In this document: positions 1 through 8,380 of the stretch, piece by piece
Numbering within the stretch: position 1 is the stretch's first letter
Layout: each line of letters opens with the position of its first letter
Assembly (NCBI GenBank): GCA_963840855.1
Contig: CAWJBB010000092.1
Span: forward strand, 1 to 13,623
Length of the DNA: 13,623 bases
DNA from: an uncultured delta proteobacterium
GTDB taxonomy: Bacteria; Desulfobacterota; Binatia; UBA9968
Reading direction: 5' to 3'
Position numbers and translations under genes: made by a program
The notes under the pieces: generated by a model
Told to the model about the DNA's origin: nothing
Seen by the model: only the letters and a program-made list of their open reading frames with translations
The model's database searches: none

Positions 1-1652
1 GCTCGCGTTTTTTTGCCGAGGCGATGCAGGCATACGGCGTAAGCCACATCTTTTTTGTCCCGACGATGCTGTTGCCGGCGATGGCCGAGATGGAGGACAT
101 GAACATCCGCCGCGTGGTCACGCACGGCGAAAAGGCCGCGGCCTATATGGCCGACGGCTACGCCCGGGCGTCGCGCAAGCCGGGCATCTGCATGGCGCAG
201 AACGTCGGCGCGGCCAACCTCGCAGCAGGATTGCGCGACGCCTATATGGCTTCTTCGCCGGTGATCGCGATCACCGGAGGCCCCGACTCGGACTCGAGAT
301 ATCGCTATCTCTATCAAGAGGTCGAAGACTTTACGATGTTCGACCCGGTGACGAAATTTAATGCCCGGATCGACAAGCTAAGCCGCTTGCCGGACCTGCT
401 GCGACAAGCCTTTCGCGAGGCCACCAGCGGCGCGCCGGGCCCGGTGCACCTGGAAGCGCGCGGCAGTCACGGCCAGGTGTTGGAAGCGGAAGCAAACCTC
501 GAACTCGTCTTTGAAGAACAGTACAGGCAGTTCCCCGCTTTTAGGCTTGAGCCGGAGCTAGACCGGATTCGCGCCGCAGCCGCGGCGCTGGCAAGAGCCG
601 AAAGGCCCGTCATCGTGGCCGGCGGCGGCGTTACCGCTTCGCAAGCCGGGCCTGAGGTGGTTGCGCTTGCCGAGATGCTGTCGATTCCCGTGGCAACGTC
701 GCTCAACGCCAAGGGCACGATCAGCGATGATCACCCGCTCTCGGTAGGAGTGGTCGGCACCTATTCGCGCTGGTGCGCCAACCGAACCGTGGCTGAGGCA
801 GATCTGGTTTTTTTCATCGGCAGCCACACCGGCAGCCAGGTCACCAACAATTGGAAGATTCCCCGGCCGGGCACAGCCGTCATGCAACTGGATATCGCGC
901 CGGCTGAGCTCGGCAGAAACTATCCCAACAGTGTCAGTCTGCTGGGGGACGCCAAGGTCTCGCTTAGACGGCTGATCGAGACCCTGGTGCCGATGGAACC
1001 GCGCACCGGCTGGGTGCGGCGCGCGCAACAGCTCGTCGGCGAATGGCGCGCTGAAACTGCGCCCCTGCGTAATTCCGACGCGGTACCCATGCGGCCGGAA
1101 CGCATCTGCCAGGAGATTACAGAATTTCTCCCTGCTAACGCCGTAGTGGTCTCGGATACGGGCCACTCCGGAATTTGGTCGGGCACCATGATTGATCTCA
1201 ATAAACCGGGCCAGAGATTCATTCGCTGTGCCGGCTCCCTCGGCTGGGCCTTCCCTGCGTCCCTTGGAATAAAGTGCGCTCTTCCGGACACGCCGGTCCT
1301 GTGCTTCACTGGCGATGGCGGTTTTTATTATCATTTGGCGGAGCTGGAGACTGCCGTCCGTTATGGCATCAACGCGATCATCGTCGTCAATGATAATCGC
1401 TCGCTCAATCAGGAAACCAGGTTGTTTGACGCCGCTTACGGCGGACAACAACGGGGCAGATCCCGCGAGATGTGGGTGTTCGAGGATGTTAACCTGGCAA
1501 AAGTCGCGGCAGCGATGGGCTGCTTCGCGATTAGAGTCGAGCGGCCGAACGAGTTAACGAGCGCGTTGGAGCAAGCGATGACGGCAAACAGGCCGGCGGT
1601 CCTCGATGTCGCAAGCGACATCAATGCGCTGGCGGCGCGGGGATGGAGCTGA
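1..1652 (+). CDS. Thiamine-diphosphate-dependent enzyme, acetolactate synthase large subunit-like (IlvB/POX superfamily); 5'-truncated
   Basis: The frame is open from the window edge (SRFFAEAMQAYGVSHIF), so the true start probably lies upstream of ATG 24. N-terminal Pyr-domain motif HGEKAAAYMADGYAR has the catalytic Glu. Central RPVIVAGGG and C-terminal ThDP motif GDGGF...VVNDN are present. No ilvH/ilvC neighbours. Confidence 0.9.
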   Translation, partial: SRFFAEAMQAYGVSHIFFVPTMLLPAMAEMEDMNIRRVVTHGEKAAAYMADGYARASRKPGICMAQNVGAANLAAGLRDAYMASSPVIAITGGPDSDSRYRYLYQEVEDFTMFDPVTKFNARIDKLSRLPDLLRQAFREATSGAPGPVHLEARGSHGQVLEAEANLELVFEEQYRQFPAFRLEPELDRIRAAAAALARAERPVIVAGGGVTASQAGPEVVALAEMLSIPVATSLNAKGTISDDHPLSVGVVGTYSRWCANRTVAEADLVFFIGSHTGSQVTNNWKIPRPGTAVMQLDIAPAELGRNYPNSVSLLGDAKVSLRRLIETLVPMEPRTGWVRRAQQLVGEWRAETAPLRNSDAVPMRPERICQEITEFLPANAVVVSDTGHSGIWSGTMIDLNKPGQRFIRCAGSLGWAFPASLGIKCALPDTPVLCFTGDGGFYYHLAELETAVRYGINAIIVVNDNRSLNQETRLFDAAYGGQQRGRSREMWVFEDVNLAKVAAAMGCFAIRVERPNELTSALEQAMTANRPAVLDVASDINALAARGWS

Positions 1653-1657
1653 CCGAG

Positions 1658-2548
1658 ATGGATACAGACATGGAAGCACCGGGCTTTGCCCGGATCGTAC
1701 CCAAGGACGCAAGCGCGGACAGGATCGCCTGCCAACTCATTTTTGGAGAAGGCCCGGTTTGGAATGCCCGTGAGGGCTGCCTCTTATGGGTCGATATCGT
1801 GGGAGATACTATTTGGCAGTGGACTCCCGGCCAAGGGGCCGCGGTTTTCCTGAGACCCTCGGGCAAGGCGAACGGCATGACCTACGACAAGCTCGGTAGA
1901 CTCGTGGTGGCCGGTTGGTCGTCGCGCACCGTGTGGCGGGTCGAGCATGACGGCTCCATAGTGGTCCTCGCTTCCCATTACCAAGGCAAGAAGATCAATA
2001 CGCCGAATGACATCGTGGTTAAATCTGACGGCGCGATCTATTGGACCGATCCGCCCAATGCGATGTACATCCCTGGGATGGCCGGCGAGGACTTGCAGCG
2101 CTATCTCGATTTCATCGGCGTCTTTCGTCTATCACCCGACGGAAACACCCTCACGCCTGTCGCCGACGATTTCGAAAACCCCAATGGCCTGTGCTTCTCG
2201 CCGGATGAGTCGCTCCTGTATATCAACGACACAACGCGGCGCCACATTCGTGTCTTCGATGTAAAACCCGATGGAACGCTCCGCAACGGACGGCTTTTCT
2301 ATGAGTCTCGAGGCGACGAGCCAGGCAATCCGGATGGCATGAAGGCGGACATCGAGGGCAACGTCTACTGCACCGGACCGGCGGGCATTCACGTGATCGA
2401 TCCCAAGGGAAATCTCCTCGGTCGTATCAAGATGCCGGGCCACGCGACCAACATGAACTGGGGCGATTCCGATTGGCGGTCGCTCTATATTACAACACGC
2501 GCTTCGGTTTATCGCTTGAGGCTGGGGATCCCGGGAGTGCAGGTGTGA
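1658..2548 (+). CDS. SMP-30/gluconolactonase/LRE family beta-propeller protein
   Basis: Motifs EGPVW, NGMTYD, NTPNDIVVKSDGAIYWTDP, PNGLCFSPDE, PDGMKAD. ATG 1658 chosen because GGAG (1645-1648) lies 9 nt upstream; the ORF track starts at 1643. Confidence 0.9.
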   Translation: MDTDMEAPGFARIVPKDASADRIACQLIFGEGPVWNAREGCLLWVDIVGDTIWQWTPGQGAAVFLRPSGKANGMTYDKLGRLVVAGWSSRTVWRVEHDGSIVVLASHYQGKKINTPNDIVVKSDGAIYWTDPPNAMYIPGMAGEDLQRYLDFIGVFRLSPDGNTLTPVADDFENPNGLCFSPDESLLYINDTTRRHIRVFDVKPDGTLRNGRLFYESRGDEPGNPDGMKADIEGNVYCTGPAGIHVIDPKGNLLGRIKMPGHATNMNWGDSDWRSLYITTRASVYRLRLGIPGVQV

Positions 2549-2560
2549 ATCAACGCGAGT

Positions 2561-2633
2561 GAGGATAGAGGATTGAAGATCGAGGATCGCTATCTTCCAT
2601 CTTCTATCCGCCATCTTCGATCCTCGGTTTTTT
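2561..2633 (+). repeat. Heptamer tandem array with inverted arm (GARGATH x4, then complementary units x5) followed by a T-run; hairpin/terminator-like
   Basis: gaggata gaggatt gaagatc gaggatc (2561-2588), gc, tatcttc catcttc tatccgc catcttc gatcctc (2591-2625), ggtttttt. Confidence 0.85.
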
Positions 2634-2655
2634 CGGCAAGTGGAGAAAAAACGCG

Positions 2656-3528
2656 ATGGCAGAATGGCAATTTGAATTAGTCGCGGGCCCTTTCAAAGGT
2701 GCAACAGAAGGGCCGGTGTGGGACGGAAAAGCACTTCTCTTCTCTGTGCCTGCGGAAAATCGTATCCTCCGCTATGATCCACAGAGCGGCGCCGTCGCCG
2801 ATTTCCGCAAATACACCAACCGCACCAGGGGGCTGGCGTTTTCCGCGGAGGGCTTGCTCTATGGCTGCCAGAGCGGCTCGCGCCGCGTCGTCCGCTTCAA
2901 CTCTGACGGTTCCACCTCGCCCCTTGCCTATACCTTGGACGGTCACTTTCATAACCATCCGTACGACTTGACGGTCGATCGAAACGGACGCATCTGGTTT
3001 ACCGATCCCTACGACCCCATTCCAGCTCCAGGTCCCCAGCTTCACGGCCCGCTCGACCACGCCTCAGTCTTGTTACTCGACCGGCGCCCTGACCGCAGTT
3101 GGAGCATCAGGCGCATGACCTATGACACTCGTTCTCCCACGGCCATAGCTTTAGCTACCGATGAAGAATTTCTCTACGTGGCCGAGAGCGGCTTGGGCGA
3201 GGACGGGAGAGAGTTGCGAAGCTATCCGATTCACGAAGACGGCAGCTTGGGAACTTATAGCGTACTCCATACCTTTGGCTCGGACCATCGCGGACCGCAC
3301 CGGGGCATCAGTGGGATGTGCGTCGACCGCGATGGCAGCATCATCGCCTGCGCCGGCTGGGAGAAGAGCGGGCCGGGAGCGATGATTTATTTGTTTGCCC
3401 CATCGGGACGCGTCATTGAGACGCAGTTGATGTCCGAGCGGCCGACAAATTGCGCCCTTGGAGATAGCGACCGAAGGACGATTTACGTGACCACCGAAAA
3501 AGGTCATCTGTATCGAGTCCGCCGATAG
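2656..3528 (+). CDS. SMP-30/gluconolactonase/LRE family protein (divergent paralogue)
   Basis: EGPVWDG, GLAFS, HPYDLTVDRNGRIWFTDP, PTNCALG. RBS GGAG at 2642-2645. Confidence 0.88.
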   Translation: MAEWQFELVAGPFKGATEGPVWDGKALLFSVPAENRILRYDPQSGAVADFRKYTNRTRGLAFSAEGLLYGCQSGSRRVVRFNSDGSTSPLAYTLDGHFHNHPYDLTVDRNGRIWFTDPYDPIPAPGPQLHGPLDHASVLLLDRRPDRSWSIRRMTYDTRSPTAIALATDEEFLYVAESGLGEDGRELRSYPIHEDGSLGTYSVLHTFGSDHRGPHRGISGMCVDRDGSIIACAGWEKSGPGAMIYLFAPSGRVIETQLMSERPTNCALGDSDRRTIYVTTEKGHLYRVRR

Positions 3529-3566
3529 AGACCATCAGGAAAGGTCGGCGAACGAAAGGAAATACC

Positions 3567-4577
3567 GTGAAGATCGACGTTCACGCTCATTATGTTCCAG
3601 AGAGCTGCTTACACGACGTGGAAGTCAAGGGCGCAGACGGTCACATCCACGGCCTGCGCATGGTTCAAGAGAGCGGCCGTCAGGTGGCCTATACCAACAA
3701 TGTCTTCAACATCGCTTTCGATCCGCCACAGATCTACAGCATCGAACGCAGGCTTACGGACATGGAGGCTCAATGGGTAGACATGCAGGTGCTCTCGGTT
3801 CCGCCGTTTTTGTTCTTTTACTCCACGCCCCCCGCCCACAGCCTCGAACTTTGCCGAAAAATCAACAACGCATTCGCCGATACCGTCAGCCATCATCCTA
3901 AACAGTTTGCCGCCCTCGCCAACCTTCCGATGCAGGACCCTGAGATGGCGACGCGTGAGTTGGAGCGCTCGGTCCGCGAACTCGGACTGCGTGGCGCCGA
4001 GATCGGCAGCAACATCAACGGCAAAAATCTCGATGACAAGAGCTTCGTTCCATTCTACGCCAAGTTGCATGAACTCGACGTGCCGGTCTTCATTCATTCT
4101 TCAACCGTGCTGGGAATCGAGCGGCTGCGCTCCTACCACTTGCAGAACCTGATCGGTAACCCGAGCGATACCGCAGTAGCCGCGGCGAGCCTGATCTTCG
4201 GCGGTGTGCTCAAAGAATTCCCCCGCCTGAAATTCTATCTCGCCCATGGCGGCGGCTCTTGCCCGTACATTCGCGGCCGCTGGGAGCATGGCTGGCGCGT
4301 ACGGCCTGAGGCTCGGATAAATATCGACCGACCGCCGAGCGATTACTTTAAGCTGCTGTGCTTCGATTCCCTCGTCCATTCGGTGCCGGCGCTGAACTTC
4401 CTCGTCGAGACCGTTGGAGTTGGACGGGTGATGATGGGGAGCGACTATCCTTTTGATATGGGCGATAAGAACCCGGTCAACGACATCGCGGCGCTGCCCC
4501 ATCTCGCGGATGATCAAAAGGAGATGATCCTTGGCGGCAACGCCGCGGCACTTTTCAAGATTGCTACGGCGGCTTGA
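3567..4577 (+). CDS. Amidohydrolase_2 family, ACMSD/aromatic-acid decarboxylase-like
   Basis: GTG start preceded by an AAGGA RBS. Motifs IDVHAH (HxH), VFIH, AHGGG, GSDYPFDMG match the ACMSD/LigW-type TIM barrel. Confidence 0.88.
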   Translation: MKIDVHAHYVPESCLHDVEVKGADGHIHGLRMVQESGRQVAYTNNVFNIAFDPPQIYSIERRLTDMEAQWVDMQVLSVPPFLFFYSTPPAHSLELCRKINNAFADTVSHHPKQFAALANLPMQDPEMATRELERSVRELGLRGAEIGSNINGKNLDDKSFVPFYAKLHELDVPVFIHSSTVLGIERLRSYHLQNLIGNPSDTAVAAASLIFGGVLKEFPRLKFYLAHGGGSCPYIRGRWEHGWRVRPEARINIDRPPSDYFKLLCFDSLVHSVPALNFLVETVGVGRVMMGSDYPFDMGDKNPVNDIAALPHLADDQKEMILGGNAAALFKIATAA

Positions 4578-4619
4578 GAGGCGTCTGGTGAGCGCTGGCC
4601 ATTGCCGCCCGTTCGGAGA

Positions 4620-4635
4620 TAGAATATTAGAATAT
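4620..4635. promoter_or_regulatory. AT-rich direct repeat TAGAATAT x2, possible regulator site or -10 element
   Basis: tagaatat-tagaatat is an AT-rich island in a GC-rich intergenic region upstream of the Rieske gene, with AATATT palindrome and TAGAAT -10-like hexamers. Confidence 0.4.
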
Positions 4636-4685
4636 AGTGATGACGCGCTCTCTGTGCCCGGAGGGCCAAGAGTGCGGAGCAGTTC

Positions 4686-4751
4686 ATGAGAATTGACATC
4701 CACAGCTACACGCCACTAAAAGAGACGGGAGAAAACAATCATGCTGACTAG
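4686..4751 (+). pseudogene. 21-aa micro-ORF (MRIDIHSYTPLKETGENNHAD), probable N-terminal relic of an amidohydrolase gene
   Basis: GGAG at 4676-4679 lies 6 nt before ATG 4686. MRIDIHS mirrors MKIDVHAH of the upstream amidohydrolase. The stop at 4749-4751 overlaps the start of the Rieske gene. Confidence 0.55.
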
Positions 4752-6015
4752 ACAAGAGAACGAACTGGTAACTCGGGTAGGACCTGAAACACCGATGGGG
4801 CAGGTGATGCGCCGTTATTGGATTCCGGCTGTGCTCGCGAACCAATTGCCGATGCCCGATTGCCCTCCGGTTCGGGTCAGACTTCTGGGTGAAGATCTCG
4901 TTGCCTTTCGAGATAGTGATGGCCGAGTGGGTCTCCTCGAAGAGTACTGCCCGCACCGGCGCGCCTCGTTATTCTTAGGACGTAACGAAGAGAACGGTCT
5001 GCGTTGTGTTTATCACGGCTGGAAATTCGACGTTGAGGGCCGGTGTGTGGATATGCCCAACGAATCTATCGACAGCCGCTTCAAAGAAAAGGTGCAACTG
5101 CAATCGTACCCCACCAGCGAACTGGGCGGTGTGATTTGGGCCTATATGGGACCGCGTGGGACGATGCCCGACCCCGTGGGCATGGAGTGGACGCGAGCAC
5201 CCGAACAGCATCGGTTTATTTCCCAGACTCACGAATACTGTAATTTTCTGCAATGCGTCGAAGGCGGCATCGATACTTGCCATGGATCCTTTCTCCATAA
5301 CAACGACCTTTCGGATCAGGCCGCGTTTCACCGCATCGATCGGGCGCCGCGACTGGAGGTGGAACGGACCAGCTACGGTTTCAGATACGTGGGCATTCGC
5401 GATGTCGGTGAAATCGGGACCTATCTGCGCCTTTACCAGTTCGTCTTGCCTTTTCATCAGTTTCGATCCCAACAGATCGTCCGCAGAAAAGGCAAGGATG
5501 GCGGCAGCCGCGAAGCGATCCCGATCGAGAAAGGTCACATGTGGGTGCCTATGGATGACCACAACACCATGATTTACAACTGGATGCTCGCGGTAGACGA
5601 AGACAAACCGTTAACCCCAGAATTCATTGCAAAACAGGAAACAAGCGCTGGCAGGGGACCCGATGGCGAAACAGCCGTGCGTCACCGCACGCGCGAAAAC
5701 GACTGGCTGATTGACCGCGAGGTGCAACGGCGCCAGACGTACACGGGGATCAAGGGAGTCAACACGCAGGACTTGGCGGTACAGGAGAGCATGGGCCCCG
5801 TCGTCGATCGCAGCCGCGAGCACCTGGGGAGCTCGGACAAAGCCATCATCGCATACCGGCGCATTCTACTCGACGTTCTACGAGACTTCGAGCAAGGGGT
5901 GGAACCCCTCGGTGTCGACCCTAAAACCTACCGCAAGGTCCGCTCTGCCGACATTGTGATTCCAAAGGATGTCCGCTGGCAGGAGGTCGCCGACCAAAGC
6001 GTGGCGCACTGGTAA
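4741..6015 (+). CDS. Rieske non-heme iron oxygenase alpha subunit (phthalate 4,5-dioxygenase / LigX O-demethylase-like group)
   Basis: N-terminus MLTRQENELVTRVGPETPMG is typical of this group. Rieske ligands CPHR...CVYHGW; mononuclear Fe site DTCHGSFLH and QDLAVQESMG. RBS GGGAG upstream. Confidence 0.92.
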   Translation: MLTRQENELVTRVGPETPMGQVMRRYWIPAVLANQLPMPDCPPVRVRLLGEDLVAFRDSDGRVGLLEEYCPHRRASLFLGRNEENGLRCVYHGWKFDVEGRCVDMPNESIDSRFKEKVQLQSYPTSELGGVIWAYMGPRGTMPDPVGMEWTRAPEQHRFISQTHEYCNFLQCVEGGIDTCHGSFLHNNDLSDQAAFHRIDRAPRLEVERTSYGFRYVGIRDVGEIGTYLRLYQFVLPFHQFRSQQIVRRKGKDGGSREAIPIEKGHMWVPMDDHNTMIYNWMLAVDEDKPLTPEFIAKQETSAGRGPDGETAVRHRTRENDWLIDREVQRRQTYTGIKGVNTQDLAVQESMGPVVDRSREHLGSSDKAIIAYRRILLDVLRDFEQGVEPLGVDPKTYRKVRSADIVIPKDVRWQEVADQSVAHW

Positions 6016-6025
6016 CATCGACGGT

Positions 6026-6085
6026 GTTCAAAACGTTCAAGCCGTTTAAAACGTTTGAAACGACTTTTTGAACGAATTGAACCGC
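6026..6085. repeat. Nonamer tandem array (GTTCAAAAC-like x4) with inverted TTGAAC units, between convergent genes
   Basis: gttcaaaac gttcaagcc gtttaaaac gtttgaaac (6026-6061), then ttgaacgaa ttgaaccgc (6068-6085). Confidence 0.8.
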
Positions 6086-6115
6086 TGACTGTTTTTCCCA
6101 AGTTTAAGCCAGGAC

Positions 6116-6982
6116 TCACCGGTTCAACAGGACCACCGCTATTAAACCAACGATCAATCCCGCCTTTCGTATGAGCGACAGCCGCTCCTTAAAAAGCAGC
6201 ATGGCAAGCAGCGCGCTCACGGCGACGACCCCAACGCTGTAAATAGGGTAAAGCTGCGAGCTTTGCCAACCCTCCAGCGCCAGCGCTTTGACCAGCGCAT
6301 AGACGGCGACGTAGTTCACGACGCCGAGGAGCAGTCCGGCTATCACGTGAGTGACGGCAAAATCGGCCAATGTCAGAACGCCACGCGCCAGACAGATCAC
6401 GACGGCAGTCAGAAAAGCAAACAGAAAAGCCGACATTACGTAGGCGTGATAAGACGAGTCATTGAGATAATGAGCTTGGGCGTACTTAATGACGAAGAAG
6501 TAACAGCCGAAGGACACGAATACCAACAGCGGCAGAAATTTTATCGCCAGAGGATGCTCCGGCGCGTTTCGCCTTTCCGGCGCGGTGCAAAGATACAAAG
6601 ACAACAGCGCCGCCGCCAGGCCGGCGATTTTCGCAACGCTGAGCGAATCGCCGTAGACGAGGAACGCCAGGAGTGACGGAATCGCGACGGACAACCGGCT
6701 CGCTAGCGCCGCCACCGAAACGCCCGCTCGCTGGGCGGTGTACGCCAGCAAGAAAAAATTCACGGCCAAAACAATACCCTGGAGAGCGGCAAGCCAAAAC
6801 CACGGCTGCAACGGCAGACCAGTCAGGTCGAGCGCATGCCCGGCCCAAACGCTGCCGACCAGAATACAAGTCAGGTAGTTAACCGGGATCGCCCACAAGA
6901 CATTTATCCGCCAGTCCGAGAAGCCACGAAACAGCACGGGTATCAAGCCCGAACCCAAGATAGCGAGCGCCAGAAAGATCAT
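6116..6982 (-). CDS. EamA/DMT superfamily transporter
   Basis: 288 aa, almost entirely hydrophobic with about 10 TM segments. Two-repeat DMT pattern with half-domain ends FLVYGDSLS and LLFKERLS. Confidence 0.85.
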   Translation of the reverse strand: MIFLALAILGSGLIPVLFRGFSDWRINVLWAIPVNYLTCILVGSVWAGHALDLTGLPLQPWFWLAALQGIVLAVNFFLLAYTAQRAGVSVAALASRLSVAIPSLLAFLVYGDSLSVAKIAGLAAALLSLYLCTAPERRNAPEHPLAIKFLPLLVFVSFGCYFFVIKYAQAHYLNDSSYHAYVMSAFLFAFLTAVVICLARGVLTLADFAVTHVIAGLLLGVVNYVAVYALVKALALEGWQSSQLYPIYSVGVVAVSALLAMLLFKERLSLIRKAGLIVGLIAVVLLNR

Positions 6983-6989
6983 CTGAAGG

Positions 6990-8342
6990 TTAGAAAGAAA
7001 GCGTCGCGAGCCGTTGTGTCAAGTCACGATGCTGCTGCCGAGCGTCGTCTAGGATCCGCTCTTCGTCATGCCGCGTGAGCTGGCGATCGCGCATCAAAAT
7101 CTCGCCGTTCACGATCACGGTTCGCACGTCGCTCGCCTTGGCACAGTGCACGATCTGGCTGAACACATCGTTGACCGGTTGATTGTGAACCTTGTTCAAA
7201 TCGACCAAAATCAGATCCGCTCGTTTTCCGGCCTCGATGGTGCCGCAGACGGCATCAAGCCCCAAGGCTTTTGCGCCGCCAACTGTCGCCATGCGCAGAA
7301 CATCGTAAGGCTTGATTATCCCGGCATCTCGATGATGGACTTTCTGTAGCAGAGACGCCGCTTTCATGGTGTCGAAAAGATCCTGGGAATGATTGCTCGC
7401 CGCGCCGTCGGTGCCGAGCGCGACGTTCACCCCTTGGCGCAGCATTTCCACCACCGGCGCCACGCCGTCGCCGAGCATCATGTTGCTCACCGGGTTGTGG
7501 GACACGGACGTACCGGTCTCTTTGAGAATGCGGATTTCATCCTGCGAGACGTGAACCGAGTGGGCAAAGATTGAATTGGCCGCCGGGATACTGAATTGAT
7601 GCAGGAATTCCACGACGCCATTCTTGCCGTGCTCCTTGCGCACGCATTCAACGACGGACATCGATTCCGCGACGTGGGCGCTGATACCGATCGCTTTGTC
7701 ATCGGCGAAACGGCGAATTTCTTGCAACAACGCCGGCGTCGTGTTGATCGGCGGCGTGTTCGGACCGGTCATGAACGACAGGGTGTCGGCACCGGAATGC
7801 GCAGCCAAAATCGTTTCGATGCGACGAAATGCCGTATCGGCCGTCTCCTTCGTACACTCGGGAACGATCTCGCCGTTGTCCATGACGGTTCGGGCAAAGA
7901 CCGAACGCAGTCCCGACTCGCGCATGGCGCGTAGGGTTGCAAAAGCGCACTCGGGACTGGGGTTGAGAAAGTTATGTTCGCAAACCGTCGTCACGCCGCT
8001 GCGGATTGCCTCCACGCAACCCAACAGCGATCCCGCGTAAAAATGTTCAGGCCTGAGCAACTCAGCGCAGCCGTAGACGCGCTTGAGCCAGGGCATCAGC
8101 TCCAGATCCTCCCACACCGCGCGCAGTAAAACCTGATAGAGATGCGTATGCGCGTTCACCAGGCCGGGCATCAAGACGCAGCCGGTCGCGTCGATGACCT
8201 GTTCGACTCCCGGCGCCGCGCCGGCGACCCCGTCACCGACCTCTTGAATGACACCGTCCATCACGCGCACGTAACCGTTGAACGACCTGCGCGCTTCGGT
8301 CATCGGAATGACAAGCGCGTTCTGGATAAGAATGTCGCTCAT
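6990..8342 (-). CDS. Amidohydrolase_1 family deaminase (MTA/SAH deaminase / Atz-Trz group)
   Basis: MPGLVNAHTHLYQ (HxH), SGVTT, HVAES (HxxE), AHSVH, SHNPVSNMMLG, LGTDGAASN, GKRADLILVD. Confidence 0.9.
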   Translation of the reverse strand: MSDILIQNALVIPMTEARRSFNGYVRVMDGVIQEVGDGVAGAAPGVEQVIDATGCVLMPGLVNAHTHLYQVLLRAVWEDLELMPWLKRVYGCAELLRPEHFYAGSLLGCVEAIRSGVTTVCEHNFLNPSPECAFATLRAMRESGLRSVFARTVMDNGEIVPECTKETADTAFRRIETILAAHSGADTLSFMTGPNTPPINTTPALLQEIRRFADDKAIGISAHVAESMSVVECVRKEHGKNGVVEFLHQFSIPAANSIFAHSVHVSQDEIRILKETGTSVSHNPVSNMMLGDGVAPVVEMLRQGVNVALGTDGAASNHSQDLFDTMKAASLLQKVHHRDAGIIKPYDVLRMATVGGAKALGLDAVCGTIEAGKRADLILVDLNKVHNQPVNDVFSQIVHCAKASDVRTVIVNGEILMRDRQLTRHDEERILDDARQQHRDLTQRLATLSF

Positions 8343-8380
8343 CTTGCCTCGTTCACCCTGCGATAATCGGACGTCGTTGT

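Noticed and set aside
558-1451. 297-aa antisense ORF and the many other overlapping ORFs in the track (e.g. 4101-4703, 4975-5562, 7624-8040)
   Set aside because: They are shadows of well-supported genes in GC-rich DNA and show no recognisable motifs.
1-1652. Assigning ilvB/ilvG
   Set aside because: Motifs are divergent and the context is catabolic without ilvH/ilvC; only a family-level call is supported.
4741-6015. Assigning ligX or a phthalate dioxygenase gene symbol
   Set aside because: The subfamily is recognisable but substrate specificity cannot be determined by eye.
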